Shown: in pieces, positions 13,629 through 26,614 of the stretch | Numbering within the stretch: the stretch's first letter is position 1 | Layout: every line of letters begins with the position of its first letter | Assembly (NCBI RefSeq): GCF_009914755.1 | Contig: NC_060940.1 | DNA from: the human T2T-CHM13v2.0 reference genome, Homo sapiens | Direction: 5' to 3' (one strand) | DNA: 64,000 bases | Made by a program: the position numbers and the translations under genes | Notes under the pieces: model-generated | Database searches by the model: none | What the model saw: only the letters and a program-made list of their open reading frames with translations | Told to the model about the DNA's origin: nothing

Positions 13629-16443
13629 CAGTTAGTATTCTTTACATTTTTAAAATAAAATTTCAGAGAAAGCAACCAAAGGGAGCATAACTCTGATAAG
13701 AATAATAAAAAGAAACAATTCAGCAACTCTCTTACAGATTTTTATCATCATCCCATTCATAATTGATTCCAAACGTGCATGAATCTTTCAAGATAAGTGT
13801 CTTATTGATTATCCTGAAAACAAGCGATCACTTGGTGTCCTGAGATTCGCTCACTGCCCTCCCCTGATTACCGTAAACAGAGATGTTGATGAGAAGAAAT
13901 GTCACTTTCTTTGGTGTTGGATCCATAGGACATTTTGAGGAATTGGGTGTGGGGAGTGGAGGGAGTGAAGTGACCCAGATAGGGAGGTGCTTGATGGCTT
14001 GACTGTGGCCTTCACCTTGCTTTTTGTGGAGCTGGATATAGACATTTGTTGGCCAGCTAATACTGTCTTGATCTGTTATATGATCCTTAGGCCAGGACTT
14101 TTTCCTGGTAATTGTGCAAAATGTCCCAGTGAATGCCAATTCCTTGCTGTCAGGAAACATTAAGTTTCCTAAGTGACATCCTTTTTCTGCATGTTTACTT
14201 ATGGTTATGTAAATCAAGCGGGCCTCCCCATTGGAAATGATGGCAGTGGTTACAAGGGACTTCACCTGGTCTTTTGTAGTTGTGGCAAATAGATAAGATA
14301 CAAATGTGACCTGCAATTCAGTTCAGCATTATGAAGCTGTATCTGCTCCCTGGGTGGTGGTCACAGCCCTGCTTTGTGGCCCTAACCCTTGCCTTCCTGC
14401 TGGCGGGCCTTGCACAGGTGCAGAGAGGGGGTTAGTATTGGCAAGCTAATTGGATAAATGGTGAAGTTTCCCCTGGGTGGCTCCATTGCTCCAGGTGAAG
14501 CTCTTGAAATACTCTGTAGATGACAATAGCCTCAAACTTGAACAGGTTCTTGCAGTTGGCAAACAGAAGGAGACCAGACTCATAGGTTTTGGGTGCGGAT
14601 AATGGATAATCTGGCTATTGCATTTAATTCCCAGCCTGATTTATTGAGGCTGCCTTTGGTGAAATATTGATTTATATCTTGGGGGGCCAGGATGGGGCTA
14701 CTCTGTACTCAGATGAGGCTTGCTCTCAGGAAGTTCTTGTTCAGCAGCAAAAATCTGCCCTGTTTGGGCTCTGAAAGTTATTTTTGTAGTGGCCTCACAA
14801 GTTTCTTGTAGCAGGTCATGAAGAGGAATGAAATACTATAATCACAGAGCTTGCAGAAGCTGCCTGGAGGACCAGTTAGTCTATTTTTTGTACATGAGGA
14901 TACTGAGGCTCAGAGAAAGTGAGGTCATTGAGTCACTTGAGTTCTTGTTGAGTGTTCTTTCCTGCTGAGGTGTCCTAGGTGCCTCTTAATGCCTTTAACA
15001 TCTGCTAAGAGTATGTCACTTATTGACGTAGCATCACTTTATTGAGCAGCTACTATGTACCAAACACTTAGCATATGCTTTTTGGCATTAGGAGCTGAAC
15101 CCAGAGTGGTCTCTGTGGAGAGGTGCAGGTTTACCCAGGGTGGTGGTAGTGGTGATGGGGTGGTAGTGATAGTGTTGATAGAAGAAGAGGAGGAGGAGGA
15201 ACTTCTCAGGAAGAAGTGGCAGTTCCCTCCTTTGTTTCTTATCTCTACTGTTTAGCAGCCACTCTCCAAAGCCTCTTGCTGGGAATGTGGCCATCATAGA
15301 AGTAAATGAGACATCTCTTTCATCTGCACCAACCTCCTTATTAAGACCTTATCAGTTACCTGTAGATTCTCCCACTGTTGTACTTGTTTCTCCCTCAACC
15401 AATTGTATTTTAGCTCTCAAGTTTTGGCAGGGTTGAGTCTAGTATTTCTGTTGGGATCCGGGGAGCATATGGAGTGTTGTTTGTTATTTTTTAGAGTTTC
15501 TTATTGCGGTAAGTGCTCAGGAGGGAACAGAGGGAGAAGGATAGAGGAAAAGCAAAGCAAAACAAAATAGAAAAGCACAAATGAAGAATATTTAGTCCAT
15601 TCTGTATTAGTCCTCCTTGATGGGGGGACACATGCCAGCCAGGTTACCTGATTCATCTAGTTGTGATTTTATTGACAGTCATTTCTACCTTGTTGGTATC
15701 CGCAGAGGTTGTCTTGAAGGGGGCTGATGCCTTCTTTCACTAGCTTTATGTGGCTGGCAGTTCTGTCCTGCCACTCTTTTCCTCATCATCTCAGCCTCCC
15801 TGCCCATGGCACTCAAGAGTCCACCTTGGCAGAACCTGCAACTCTTCAGCGCCTCCCTAATGAACTCCTTGCAAGGGCCCTTGGTTAAGTTACAGTAGAG
15901 AAGTGGTTGCTTAAGCAAGTAGTTTCCGGTAAAGGCATAAAGATAGCCCATAATTGGGTGATAAAATACCTGGATTGCATCTAAAAATAAAGACTTGTGA
16001 AGGTAAAACTGTAGCTTACAGTGTGCGACTGTTTACCTTCTTTTGGTTTCTTCTCATTTAATAGGTTGGTCATCTCTCTGCTGGCTTTTTCCCCCTTTTT
16101 TCTCCCTTCTGTAGAATAACATGTGGACCATTAACTATGATGCTACTTCTTAGCTGCAAGGGGGGAAAAATGGAAAACTCCAGGGGAAGAGGGTCTTTAC
16201 TTAGGGAGTTGGCATTTGTTGGAATTTCCCAAGAACATTTCATGATTAGTGACAGGTTATCTTCTAGTTTACCTGAAGGCTATGGTCACTCAACAAATTT
16301 TGTGTTGCTTCTTACGTGTCACGCACTGTGATAAGTCCTAGGATTATAGAAGTCAATAAGCTATGATGCCTATCCTTAAGGAGAGAAACACATATAGGAT
16401 AGGAACATAGCTTGCCATGTCTGATAGATATTAGGCATTCAGT

Positions 16444-16444
16444 G

Positions 16445-16471
<27 letters not shown>
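16444..16471. repeat. (TC)n microsatellite
   Basis: Direct observation. Confidence 0.9.
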
Positions 16472-16475
<4 letters not shown>

Positions 16476-16494
16476 ATTATAGATAGAAATAAAA

Positions 16495-16640
16495 AAATTA
16501 TAAATAGAAATTTATTTCTCGTGGTTCTAGAGGCTGGAAAATTCAAGATCAAGATGCAGACAGGCTTGGTGTCTGGTGAGGGCTGCTTTCTATCCTTCAA
16601 AAAGGCACCACGTTGCTGTGTCCTTATTTGGTGGAAGCAA
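16495..16640 (-). mobile_element. MLT1A/MST-like LTR fragment
   Basis: AGAAATTTATTTCTCGTGGTTCTAGAGGCTGGAAAATTCAAGATCAAG...GGTGTCTGGTGAGGGCTGC. Confidence 0.7.
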
Positions 16641-18289
16641 GTGTGTTGAATATTCTAAGAGGAATCTGAAAGTGTTATAGTATTAAGGAAGACAGATCCA
16701 AGATGGTGGCAATGGTCAAGAAGGGTGCGGGAAGAACCCTTCAACTCTAATATTATTTGAGCTGCTCACTGATAAATAAATAGGATTTTCCCAGTTGGGG
16801 AAGAGGGAAAGGTTTTTAGGGAGCAGATTAGACAAGAAACATTGAAAACACAAAGTGTATTTCTTGATACTTGTTAACACTAGGTGTTGAGGAGACATAA
16901 CCAAGTTCTCCTGCAGTTTGTGTGTTAAGGCAGATGGAAATGTCTTGTAACTCAGTAAAACAGTTTAGAAATTTAAAGCCTTTGGAGAGAGTAAGTATTG
17001 AGAAGGCACATCTCTACGTTGTTGACGTGAAGGAGTTGCAAGGTCGGGTAGATGGGATCAGTGCCAGGTCTAATGGGCTTCATTTGCAAGACCTAATTTC
17101 TAGCAGATCATGGTGTAAGCCTCAAATGGGAGGTGTGCCTGGGATGGTTGCAGAGGAGTTGTTAAGAGCTCAGACTCCAGCGTTTAGACAACACCAGCTG
17201 CTACAAAGGACACTGTGCATTTCTAAATCTGAGTTTCTGCACACGTATGGAGGAGTAATATGGCACCTCCTCATTTGGTTGAGATGCTCTGGGGTACACG
17301 TACAAGGCGCTCAACTCACGGTGGCTCCACCAGTATGAAAATGTGTTATCTGCCCTAGTCTGAAGTACAGAAGTCAGGTGGTGAGAGGTGACATGCCATG
17401 ATGTGGTTCTGCTTCTCTGAGATTGTCTGTCAGCTTTTCCCTCAGTTTCACCCCCCTTTCTCCCTTTTTCAAGATGGTTTTAGCACTTCCAGACATTATA
17501 ACCAGATAGCCTATTGCTAGAGAACAAAGCACCTTCTCTTCCTATATGTACCTCTTGGGAACAAGGGAACCTTTCCCCAAAGCCCCTCAACACACTTAGG
17601 CTGACATCTCCTTGACCAGAACTGTATCAAATTTACATAGCCTCAAATGAAGCATCTGGGACCACCAGGATTGGGTGTTTAGGCCATGGAAGAGTAACAG
17701 CCCAGTACACAACTGTCTCCAGTGGCCAGCACGTAGACCTTCCCTCACACTTTCCACTCTCTGCATCCCCTCTTCCCTCTCATGTATCTCTATTACATGG
17801 AGCCTCACTTTATAGTCCTCATTAAGAGACTGTGGGGTGGTAGACAGATAACAATGTTAACATCAGGCAAATGGGTTTTGGATTTAGGTTACCATCATTT
17901 ATCTTCTCTGTAACCTTAGACGAGTTGCTTGAGTTCTCTGAGTCTCAGCTGACCAAGCTCTAAAATGAGCATAACCATATCAGTTTGTGTTTCCTGTTAC
18001 AGGGAGAAAAGACTGAGATAACTAAAGTACCTGATTGAGTAACTGCTCTCTGAAGGTGGAGGCTGGACTGCTTCACTGGACAGGGTGGCCTGGGGTTATT
18101 CTAGTGCAGTGGTAGCTGGTGACAAAACTCAAAGAAGATGTAACTAGAGAAAAGGTACTCAGTGCAGCCTCTGTGAGCTACCACCACTGCCTCTAGTTTT
18201 CCAGAAAACCACCACTGACCACTCTCTGTACAGATGCGCTCAAGCGACCATAACCACCAGTGTTCCTAACAATGCGCCTATTGACTTCT

Positions 18290-18430
18290 TATTTCAATAG
18301 ATATCCAGATTTATTATCCCTCAAGGTAAGCATCGATTTTACCTTTGTCTCAGTCAATATTTACCTCTGAGGTCAATACGTGTGGATATTCACCTCAGCT
18401 GCAGTCAATATCCATTTCGTATTACAATAT
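18290..18430. mobile_element. Ancient hairpin-type DNA-transposon relic (MER135/Crypton-like)
   Basis: Imperfect ~38-bp inverted arms ATATCCAGATTTATT...AGGTAA / TTACCT...AATACGTGTGGATAT, then a second quasi-palindrome; resembles my recollection of MER135. Confidence 0.5.
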
Positions 18431-18974
18431 ATGATGTGCATATGTGAAAATAAAGAACAGCATGGTACAAAAAAGGTCTGCTAGGCAAAGAAGCTTTTTG
18501 CAAAGCGGATGTGTTTTTGTTTTATTTTTTGTTTGTTTGTTTTTACTGTGTCACTTTTTAGAGGTCAGATTCTATTTCACTAAATAGGACATATGTGTCT
18601 TCTGCCAAGATGTGGAATTTTGGCAAGGCTAGCATGATAACAAATAAACATTCAAGCAGTCACTTAATGATATTGAATTGAACACCATTTCTCAGAAGTT
18701 CCTGTATTAAATTACAACCATAAGAACATACACAAGCATGCAGATTGTAAGTGTGATGAGAATGGAAACATTCCATAGGACGCAGAGTTATTCCTCAAGC
18801 CCCTGGACTCGCAGAGAATCAGGTGTATGAAGCAAGAGGAAGAAGACAAGAATCAGGAGGCAAAGAGAAGGAGGAAGAAGCCTCAGTGGGGTTGCTTCTT
18901 TTTATTTCTTAGAGCCAGAGCTGGAAGACAAGGCCTGGCATATTTTGGCAGGCCTGGATCAGAGCCTAGGTGTG

Positions 18975-19649
<675 letters not shown>

Positions 19650-19739
19650 TGATACTGATATTTTATTGTCCTAACTGACAGTTTTGTCTGCCCAGCATTT
19701 TCCCCCGTCACCCTTGTACTATCCCATTTTCCTTTGCCA

Positions 19740-20210
19740 TGCACCTGTCTTCCTCTTCAGGATTGATCACAAAATCAAAACCATTCCTACCAGCCAGAGG
19801 TGGGCACATGACCCAGGTCAGACCAGTCACAGTTCCTGATTCCCGGCCACAGTGCTTGATGGGGGAATGAGCATATATCAAACCAGGACAGTCCAAGTCC
19901 TTCCGGGGACTTTGCTGCCACAGTTGACAGGGGGAGGTATTTGCATAACTTCACCACACACAGCTAAGCTGGTGATCCTGCTGCTTGGCAGCATCTTCCC
20001 AGCGTACAACAGAGGAAAACTGCCTGTTGTAGTTAAAAAAAAAAAGAGAGAGAGAGAGAGAGACTGATACACAAAGAGAATCAGAAAGGAGTAGAGATGA
20101 AACAAAGATAGAGCTAGCATGATTGCAAGCTGAGGACATACGAGGAGTCCCTGGGTCAGCTGGGCCATACATTTGTAAGCTGTAGACAAACAAAAATGAT
20201 CTTTGGGTTC
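19740..20210. mobile_element. ERVL LTR fragment (LTR16/LTR33-like)
   Basis: GGTGGGCACATGACCCAGG...GGCCACAGTG...GGGACTTTGCTG motifs. Confidence 0.45.
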
Positions 20211-20738
20211 CTTCTTTAGCAATTGGAGTTGGAGGAGGATGACCTTAGTTTGCGTCTTTGTCCCACTATCATTATATCCAACTTGTGTAATTAGAAACAC
20301 TATTTAAGTCTCAGTTTCGTCTCCTGTCAATTGGGAAAATATCGTGAGGCGGAGATGTGAGATGTGATCACGTTTATAAAGTCTGCGGCAAGAGGATGAT
20401 AAAGTCACTTCTCAACTCCTTCTCAACTCCTCCTCCTGGCTTATTAATGCCCATCCTTTAACCTGTCCTCTGCTTTATCTCTTGGAATCCTTAGGGCCTT
20501 TTTAACCCCATATACGAAGCAAACCTATGTGTATGTGTTTGTGTGTGCATCAATTCATATGGTCCTCTGCAGCCTTGCAAAGTCGATTCCTGACATTTCC
20601 GTAGACTGTTTTTTTTGTTTTCAGCAATACTCTCCAGCAGCAAAACCCAATCCGCTCATATTCTTGCATTTGCTGCAGCAAAACCTGACCTCTCTTTGTG
20701 TTACCTGAGTCTTGACGAAGAAGACTGAGGAAAGGCCT

Positions 20739-20772
20739 CCCCCTCCCCCCCCCCCCCCCCCCCCCCCCCCCC
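20739..20772. repeat. C5-T-C28 poly(C)/poly(G) run
   Basis: C 20745-20772 counted directly. Confidence 0.9.
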
Positions 20773-22049
20773 GCCAAATTGTCCCGTTGTCTCTTGGCTG
20801 GTCTTGCCAGCTGGCACACAGCTTCCTCTGACCACCCTGCTAGGTACAAATCCCACATGAAAAGTCTCAATCACCTGGCTCAAACTCATAGTTTTCAGGT
20901 GGCATAAGCCATGGCATTTTCACCTCCTTTCCTGGTTGTTTCCAGAAAGGGATGATAGCCCCAGTGCAGTGGCTCTGTATTTCTCAGGGCAGCGTGGGAC
21001 CTCAGGGTTTGTCATGGACCACACCTTTCTCCTTTGTCCCTTTTTATAACTCATAGGCTACCTCCAACTTGACACTTATTTAAGTTTTTATTTATTTTAT
21101 TTAGCATTCAGAAAACTCTATAGCCTCAGTCTCTCGGGATGTAAATTAAAGCAATTTCATTTTCATAGTTTCTCTGTTTCAAATCCCTCATTGTTTATTT
21201 AAATAGCAGCCTATGCATATTGCAAGTAAAGAATTATAATTAAGAGAACCAGAAGGGCCTGTCTCTCAGGAAAGCAGTGATTTCCTTTCACAATAACCCT
21301 ATCCTTACTGTTGAAGACTTGTGGAAAAGGGACATGGCCCAGGGAACCAGAGTGGTTTGGGAAAGCACTTTGTCAAGAGGCTTGGGGACCCCAGGGTGGA
21401 AGCTGCCATGCGCATGAGGTTGTGTTAGCAGAGGCAGTGGCAGAAGAAGACATTGCAAACCTGCAAAAGCAACCTCTGAGGATGGGTAGACATATACTTC
21501 ATTGCAGGCAGCTGCTGCTGAAATAGATTTGGAGTCAGATGTCATATTCCTGCCAGCAGGTTTAGCAGTCGTGGGACTAGGGAAGTGGCAATGGCAGGAG
21601 CAACTGGAAATGTCTTTTTTTTTTTCCTCCTTTTTCCTGAATATGGAACCAAAGCCTGTGTTTTTCTTGCTCACATGTGAGTCTTCTCCTTGCTTCAACC
21701 CTCCCCGCTGACAGCCACAAGACTCCTGCCTCCCTGCAGCCTGTGGAACGTAATATTCGTTGGGATCATACATTGACCAAAGATCCGCCATGTCTTTGCA
21801 ACTAACATACTCACTCATGACTTCACGTGGCTATGTACAAGACCACATCTCTCAATGGTGAGGTCCTCAATCTCTCCCTCCCCACCACAGTTAGCTATCA
21901 GAGATATACGGTGTCCTTAAGATAGGGCAGGCAGGGCCACCTGCCCCCCAGCTGACCAGTGTGGATGTCTTGATGATGAGCCATACTCAGAGTGGCCCTA
22001 GGATGGCTCCTCAGATAGCTGCTGGCAGAAACCTGCACTCAGTACATCT

Positions 22050-22230
22050 ATACATGGTGTAATGATTGACTCAAGATAATTAGCATAGCCGTCATCTCAA
22101 ACCTTTATTATTTGTGATGAGAAGATTCAAAACCCGCTTTTTGAACTGTTCTGAAATATGCAATACCTTGTTGTTAACTGTATTCACCTTTCTGTGCAAC
22201 AGGGCACCAGAATTTATTTTTGCTATCTAA
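22050..22230 (-). mobile_element. L1MA 3' UTR fragment
   Basis: TAATTAGCATAGCCGTCATCTCAAAC...GAAATATGCAATAC..TTGTTGTTAACTGTA. Confidence 0.7.
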
Positions 22231-22584
22231 AATATCAATTAAAAATACAATAAAACTAAAAAGAAACCTGAACTCAGGAGAGTGGAAAAGAACTTCAACA
22301 TTCAAAGGGGATAAGACATATACTCAGAGTGGGAAAAATACTAAATGGTAGGAAGATGAGAAGTTTTTTACTCTTTGTTGTTTCTGCTCATTTTTTATAT
22401 TCAAAATTTCTAATCATGTGTGACTATATATGTATTATACATGGTAGGACTTATTTTTTTAATGTGAAAGAATATAAAACAAAATACGATATTATCTTTT
22501 GAGTGATATCAACAAAACAAAACATGATATCCAAAGTCACCCTGTATGGTTGGATACTTTGGGTTTGCCATCTTTTCTTTTGTT

Positions 22585-23010
22585 CATTTGTTTCATGCAA
22601 TAGAAACGTTTTGAGATCCTGTCTGGCTGGGTTCTGCTAGGCCTGGGTCTACAGCAGTTTGCTGTCAAGGTCTTGGCCCTTCAAGAGCATGTAGTGTGGT
22701 GGGGAAGGTGTACATCAGTGAAGAGGTAATCCAGGTCACGGTGGGATGACACAGGCTGCTGTGGCAACCCACAGCAGGAATAGCCAGTCCTGCCCCAGCA
22801 GGGCGTATCAGGGGTGCTAAGGTGACTTCCAAGATTGAGGTTGGCGAGATCGTGACAGGTGTGCAAGATGGGGTGTTCCAAGACTGGGGACAGGACAGGT
22901 GTGCAAGGACCAGCCAGCTGAGGTAGAGGAAACCTAGACCTATGGAACATGCTGATTTCAAGGTCCATTTGTGGGGAGAACACGGACTGTGTCATTGGAA
23001 GCCAGCAGGG
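22585..23010 (-). mobile_element. L2 fragment
   Basis: CATTTGTTTCATGCAATAG...AAGGTCTTGGCCCTTCAAGAGC...AGGTGACTTCCAAGATTGAG. Confidence 0.55.
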
Positions 23011-24087
23011 AGAATCAGTTGAGAGGTAAGCCGGGCCTAGTAGAAAGTAAGCGAAGCCCTTTCATTAAGTGAACGAAGGGTGCATGGTGAGTACACAGCC
23101 ATGAAAATAAAATGATATAAATCAGCACGGTTTCAGCTGCCCTCATCTTTCTACTGTGATCTCAGCAGTGATGGGGCTGGCTTTGAGGGTTGGAGATCAC
23201 ACACACACAATCAGCCAGCTCTCCAAAGCAAGCCCCACACTCTCTTGATGCTATCCTCAATAAACATGCGGTCTAAACAGTAACCATGTTCTAGCTATGC
23301 AGATGCAGTTTAAAGACAAATCCTTTGAGCCTCCAGCATGCGATCCCCTCCCAATCTCATTGCTGCTTCCCTACCCTCTTCTGCGTAGAAGCGCTGGAGC
23401 CAGGTGCTTACGACCTGGGTGCTAGTATCTTTGTGAAAACTGCTCCTGACCTATTGCTTTGTTTATTTTAGCCGGTGCCTTTGTAGAGGGAAAACAGCTT
23501 AGCAAGCATTTAGTAGGTAGATCCAAAGTCCCCAGGAGCTGTTGGGAAGTCCATAGGTGCTGTTTCCATTGCTTTTTCATTCCTTCATATATTAATCAAG
23601 GAGTCAGTCAATCAATTAAACGGATACTATTAGCACCTACTGTGTGCCGGGCACTGTACTTGGGGCCATATGCACTGCTGATTCATTCATTTGGATTCTA
23701 CGGTGGCTCTTTACCCATTGCCATCATTTTGTAGGCAGTGAGTGCCCGCATCAGTGGGCGTTTTATGTTGCACCATTTTCTGAGCAATGTCTTTGGTCCA
23801 CCATTAAGCATTTGTGGCCGCCCACCCCACAATATGCTTTGCTTTCTGCTTTCAGAAACAATACTGGTGACCTGTTTTAAGAAAAGCTGAAAAGCCAGGA
23901 CTTAGATTTTTCTGGAAACCTTCAAATTAACCTCATTAAGTTTAAAATTGTTTTTTTCTCGTTCATCTCTCTTGCTTTTATGCTTTCCAAACCCCTAAAT
24001 TGTGGTGCCTCAGTGATCTTCTATAACATAAGTTGATAGTCAATAATTGCTTAATGGGAATCATAAATATGAGTTTATTTATATGTG

Positions 24088-24109
24088 TATATATATATAT
24101 ATATATATA
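24088..24109. repeat. (TA)11 microsatellite
   Basis: Counted directly. Confidence 0.85.
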
Positions 24110-26244
24110 ATATATTTCCATGAATATACTGAATGCTAAGCCCTCCCCACTTTTTTTTTCTTTTTTAAATTCAGAAATTTCTAGTTGTGTTTATTCCCCT
24201 CGTCAGCATACTTTATCATATCAAAGCCTTTTCAGACACTGTAAAACTACTGAGTTATGTTTGGGTCATGTTTTGCGGTATGCCCTTTAATAGTGTAGCT
24301 TTAGAAATGCAATTTTCAGCCTCTGCTTATTAGAATATGATAAAGTATTCCTGGTCTATGTCCAGCTCCACTAATCTCCAGACTGCGCTTCATGAATTAA
24401 GCATGAAGATTTTAGTCAATGTGCTTTCAAAGACCAATGTTTAGGGAATCATGGATTTTCTACAAGCTGAGGGAGAAATCTATAATAGGAGGAACTGATT
24501 TTCAAACATCATATTCTCAAGAAGAAATGACCACTTCTGGCCCAGAAACAGAAAATATTTCACTATCAGAATTTTCTAGAACCAGTTAAAACCACATTGT
24601 GCTGTTAGGTTTAATAAACGGATTGTGTTTTAAGATGTGTAAGACTGTCTGTCACGTGGGAGGATTTCAAATGACTGCTTATTTTGGAAAGCTCATGTAG
24701 ACTGGGTTAAAATCGAGAGGGGAATGCAAATTGAATTTATAAGGTATTATTAACTTCTTCCTCTTTCCCCCCGCCCTGGCCCCTGTGCATTTTGGTTCAT
24801 TTTGCTCTGATACAATTCAGCAAATAGCCAGATATTTCTTGCCATGGCGAGAGCTTAGTTGGGGGAGAGATTTTGACCAGGCAGGCTCTCAGGTCGGTGC
24901 CATCGGTGACGCCAACACACCTCCTGGCTTGGTGTGTTTTGTGGCATTTGGCAGGCAAACGTTTTGAAAAGAAATCTCCTTTCAAAAATCACAGCACTGG
25001 TTGAAGCAGGAGCATCTCTCCCCTTAAATGCAAAAGGAGTTAATATGCCAGTGACTACAGTGTGCCTGGAAAGGTCACTGGAGGCATTTTTGTCTGGGGC
25101 AGCCCCTGGAGTCTTGGCTTTTGTGCTTGGTGAGACCTTATCTGGCCTCTTCATTGTCCCCTTCATACAAATAGATAGCTTTTAGTGAGCAGCTACTCTG
25201 CCTGGCACTGTTCTAAACACATGACACCAATAGCTCACTCAGATTCCCGCCTCTCAACAGGGAAACTGAAGCACAGGAAGTTTCAGTGATGCACTTAGGC
25301 AACCAGTAAGTGGCAGGGTCGGCATTGAGGTCAAGACTGGTTGGACCCCTAAGTTTGAACAATCAAACTGGACTTTGGGGCTCACAGTTTGTTTCATGTC
25401 AGGAAGGTGTCCGATCAGAACCTGAATGCCAGCTCAAGCTGCTCTCAGCTAAACTCCAGGGGTTGCTGATGGAGACTTCATCCCCTCCTCCAGTCCCGGG
25501 ATCAAGACAGAAATGTAAATCACCTCCAAGAATGGGTCTGCGTCTTGCACATTTTCCTTTTGAGAAAGAGGAAAATTCTCAGCTGGTCTAGCTTTGTCTG
25601 TGAACCTCCGGGATCTCTCAGGGGCTTTAAATTAATTAATCAATCCACAGACATTGAACTGAATCTCCACCTTGGGCTTGAGACTCTGCAAAGTGCATTA
25701 AATGGGAAGGAAACCAAAGGGCCTGCTGCCCTGCCCCCGCCATAGCCCAAGGCTGTGGCCATGGCTGGGGAATTGGCCTGTCAGTTCAATCAGGCAGCCC
25801 CTCTGACTGGTGTTTTTCACTAAGCTGGCCCCATGGATGGCCCTGGTCATGTGTAGACATGGCCTCAGGAGGGCCACATTCCTCTCATTTCCAGGCCTCC
25901 CCACTTAATTGTTCCTGACACAGTTTGGGGAGAAATGCAGCAAAACCCAGGCCTGCCAATCAACATTTGCTCCCGAGTCTCAGAGCGGCCCCTGAAGAGA
26001 CAGGTTGGACCAAGGGACATCCACAGATGCCTTGTGTTTAGGAAGTGGGGTGTGGGCAACAGAGGGAGAATTGTTACCCCCGGGAGACTGGGGGTGCTGA
26101 AGAAGAGTCTCAGTCTCTGCACTCTGGGTCTTGCCAAAACCTCTGGGATTGGGTGTGGTGTCCATGTTGAGGAAGGGACAGTGAGCTCTCTAAATGACAG
26201 TGGGTCAACCACCGCATTTCTAGGACTCAAAGATGCCGTGGGGG

Positions 26245-26614
26245 TGTATTAGTCTGTTTCCTTGCTGTTGATAAACACATACCTGAGGCTGCATAATTTA
26301 TGCAGGAAAGAGGCTTAGTGGACTCACAGCTCCACATGGCTGGGGAGGCCTCACAACCATGGTGGAAGGCAAGGAGGAGCAAAGTCATATCTTACATGGT
26401 TGGCAGCAGGCAAAGAGTGAGCTTGTGCAGGGAAACTCCCCCTTATAAAACCATCAGATCTCGTGAGACTTGTTCACTATCACGAGTAAAGCACAGGAAA
26501 GACTTGCCCTCATGATTCAGTTACGTTCCACCGGGGCCCTCCCACAACACATGGGAATTGTGGGAGCGACAGTTCAAGATGAGATTTGGATAGGGACACA
26601 GCCAAACCATATCA
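26245..26614 (-). mobile_element. THE1 (C/D-like) MaLR solo LTR, full length
   Basis: TGTATTAGTCTGTTT...GGGGAGGCCTCACAACCATGGTGGAAGGC...GGGACACAGCCAAACCATATCA; 370 bp with TG...CA ends. Confidence 0.9.

Noticed and set aside
13828-14316. 162-aa minus-strand ORF
   Set aside because: No recognisable homology, non-ATG start; length compatible with chance in 64 kb
20409-20435. Short tandem duplication TTCTCAACTCC x2
   Set aside because: Ordinary slippage-type duplication with no sign of function
21288-21818. 176-aa minus-strand ORF
   Set aside because: No recognisable domain, includes an A-run-derived KKEEKKK; no poly(A)/TSD to suggest a processed pseudogene
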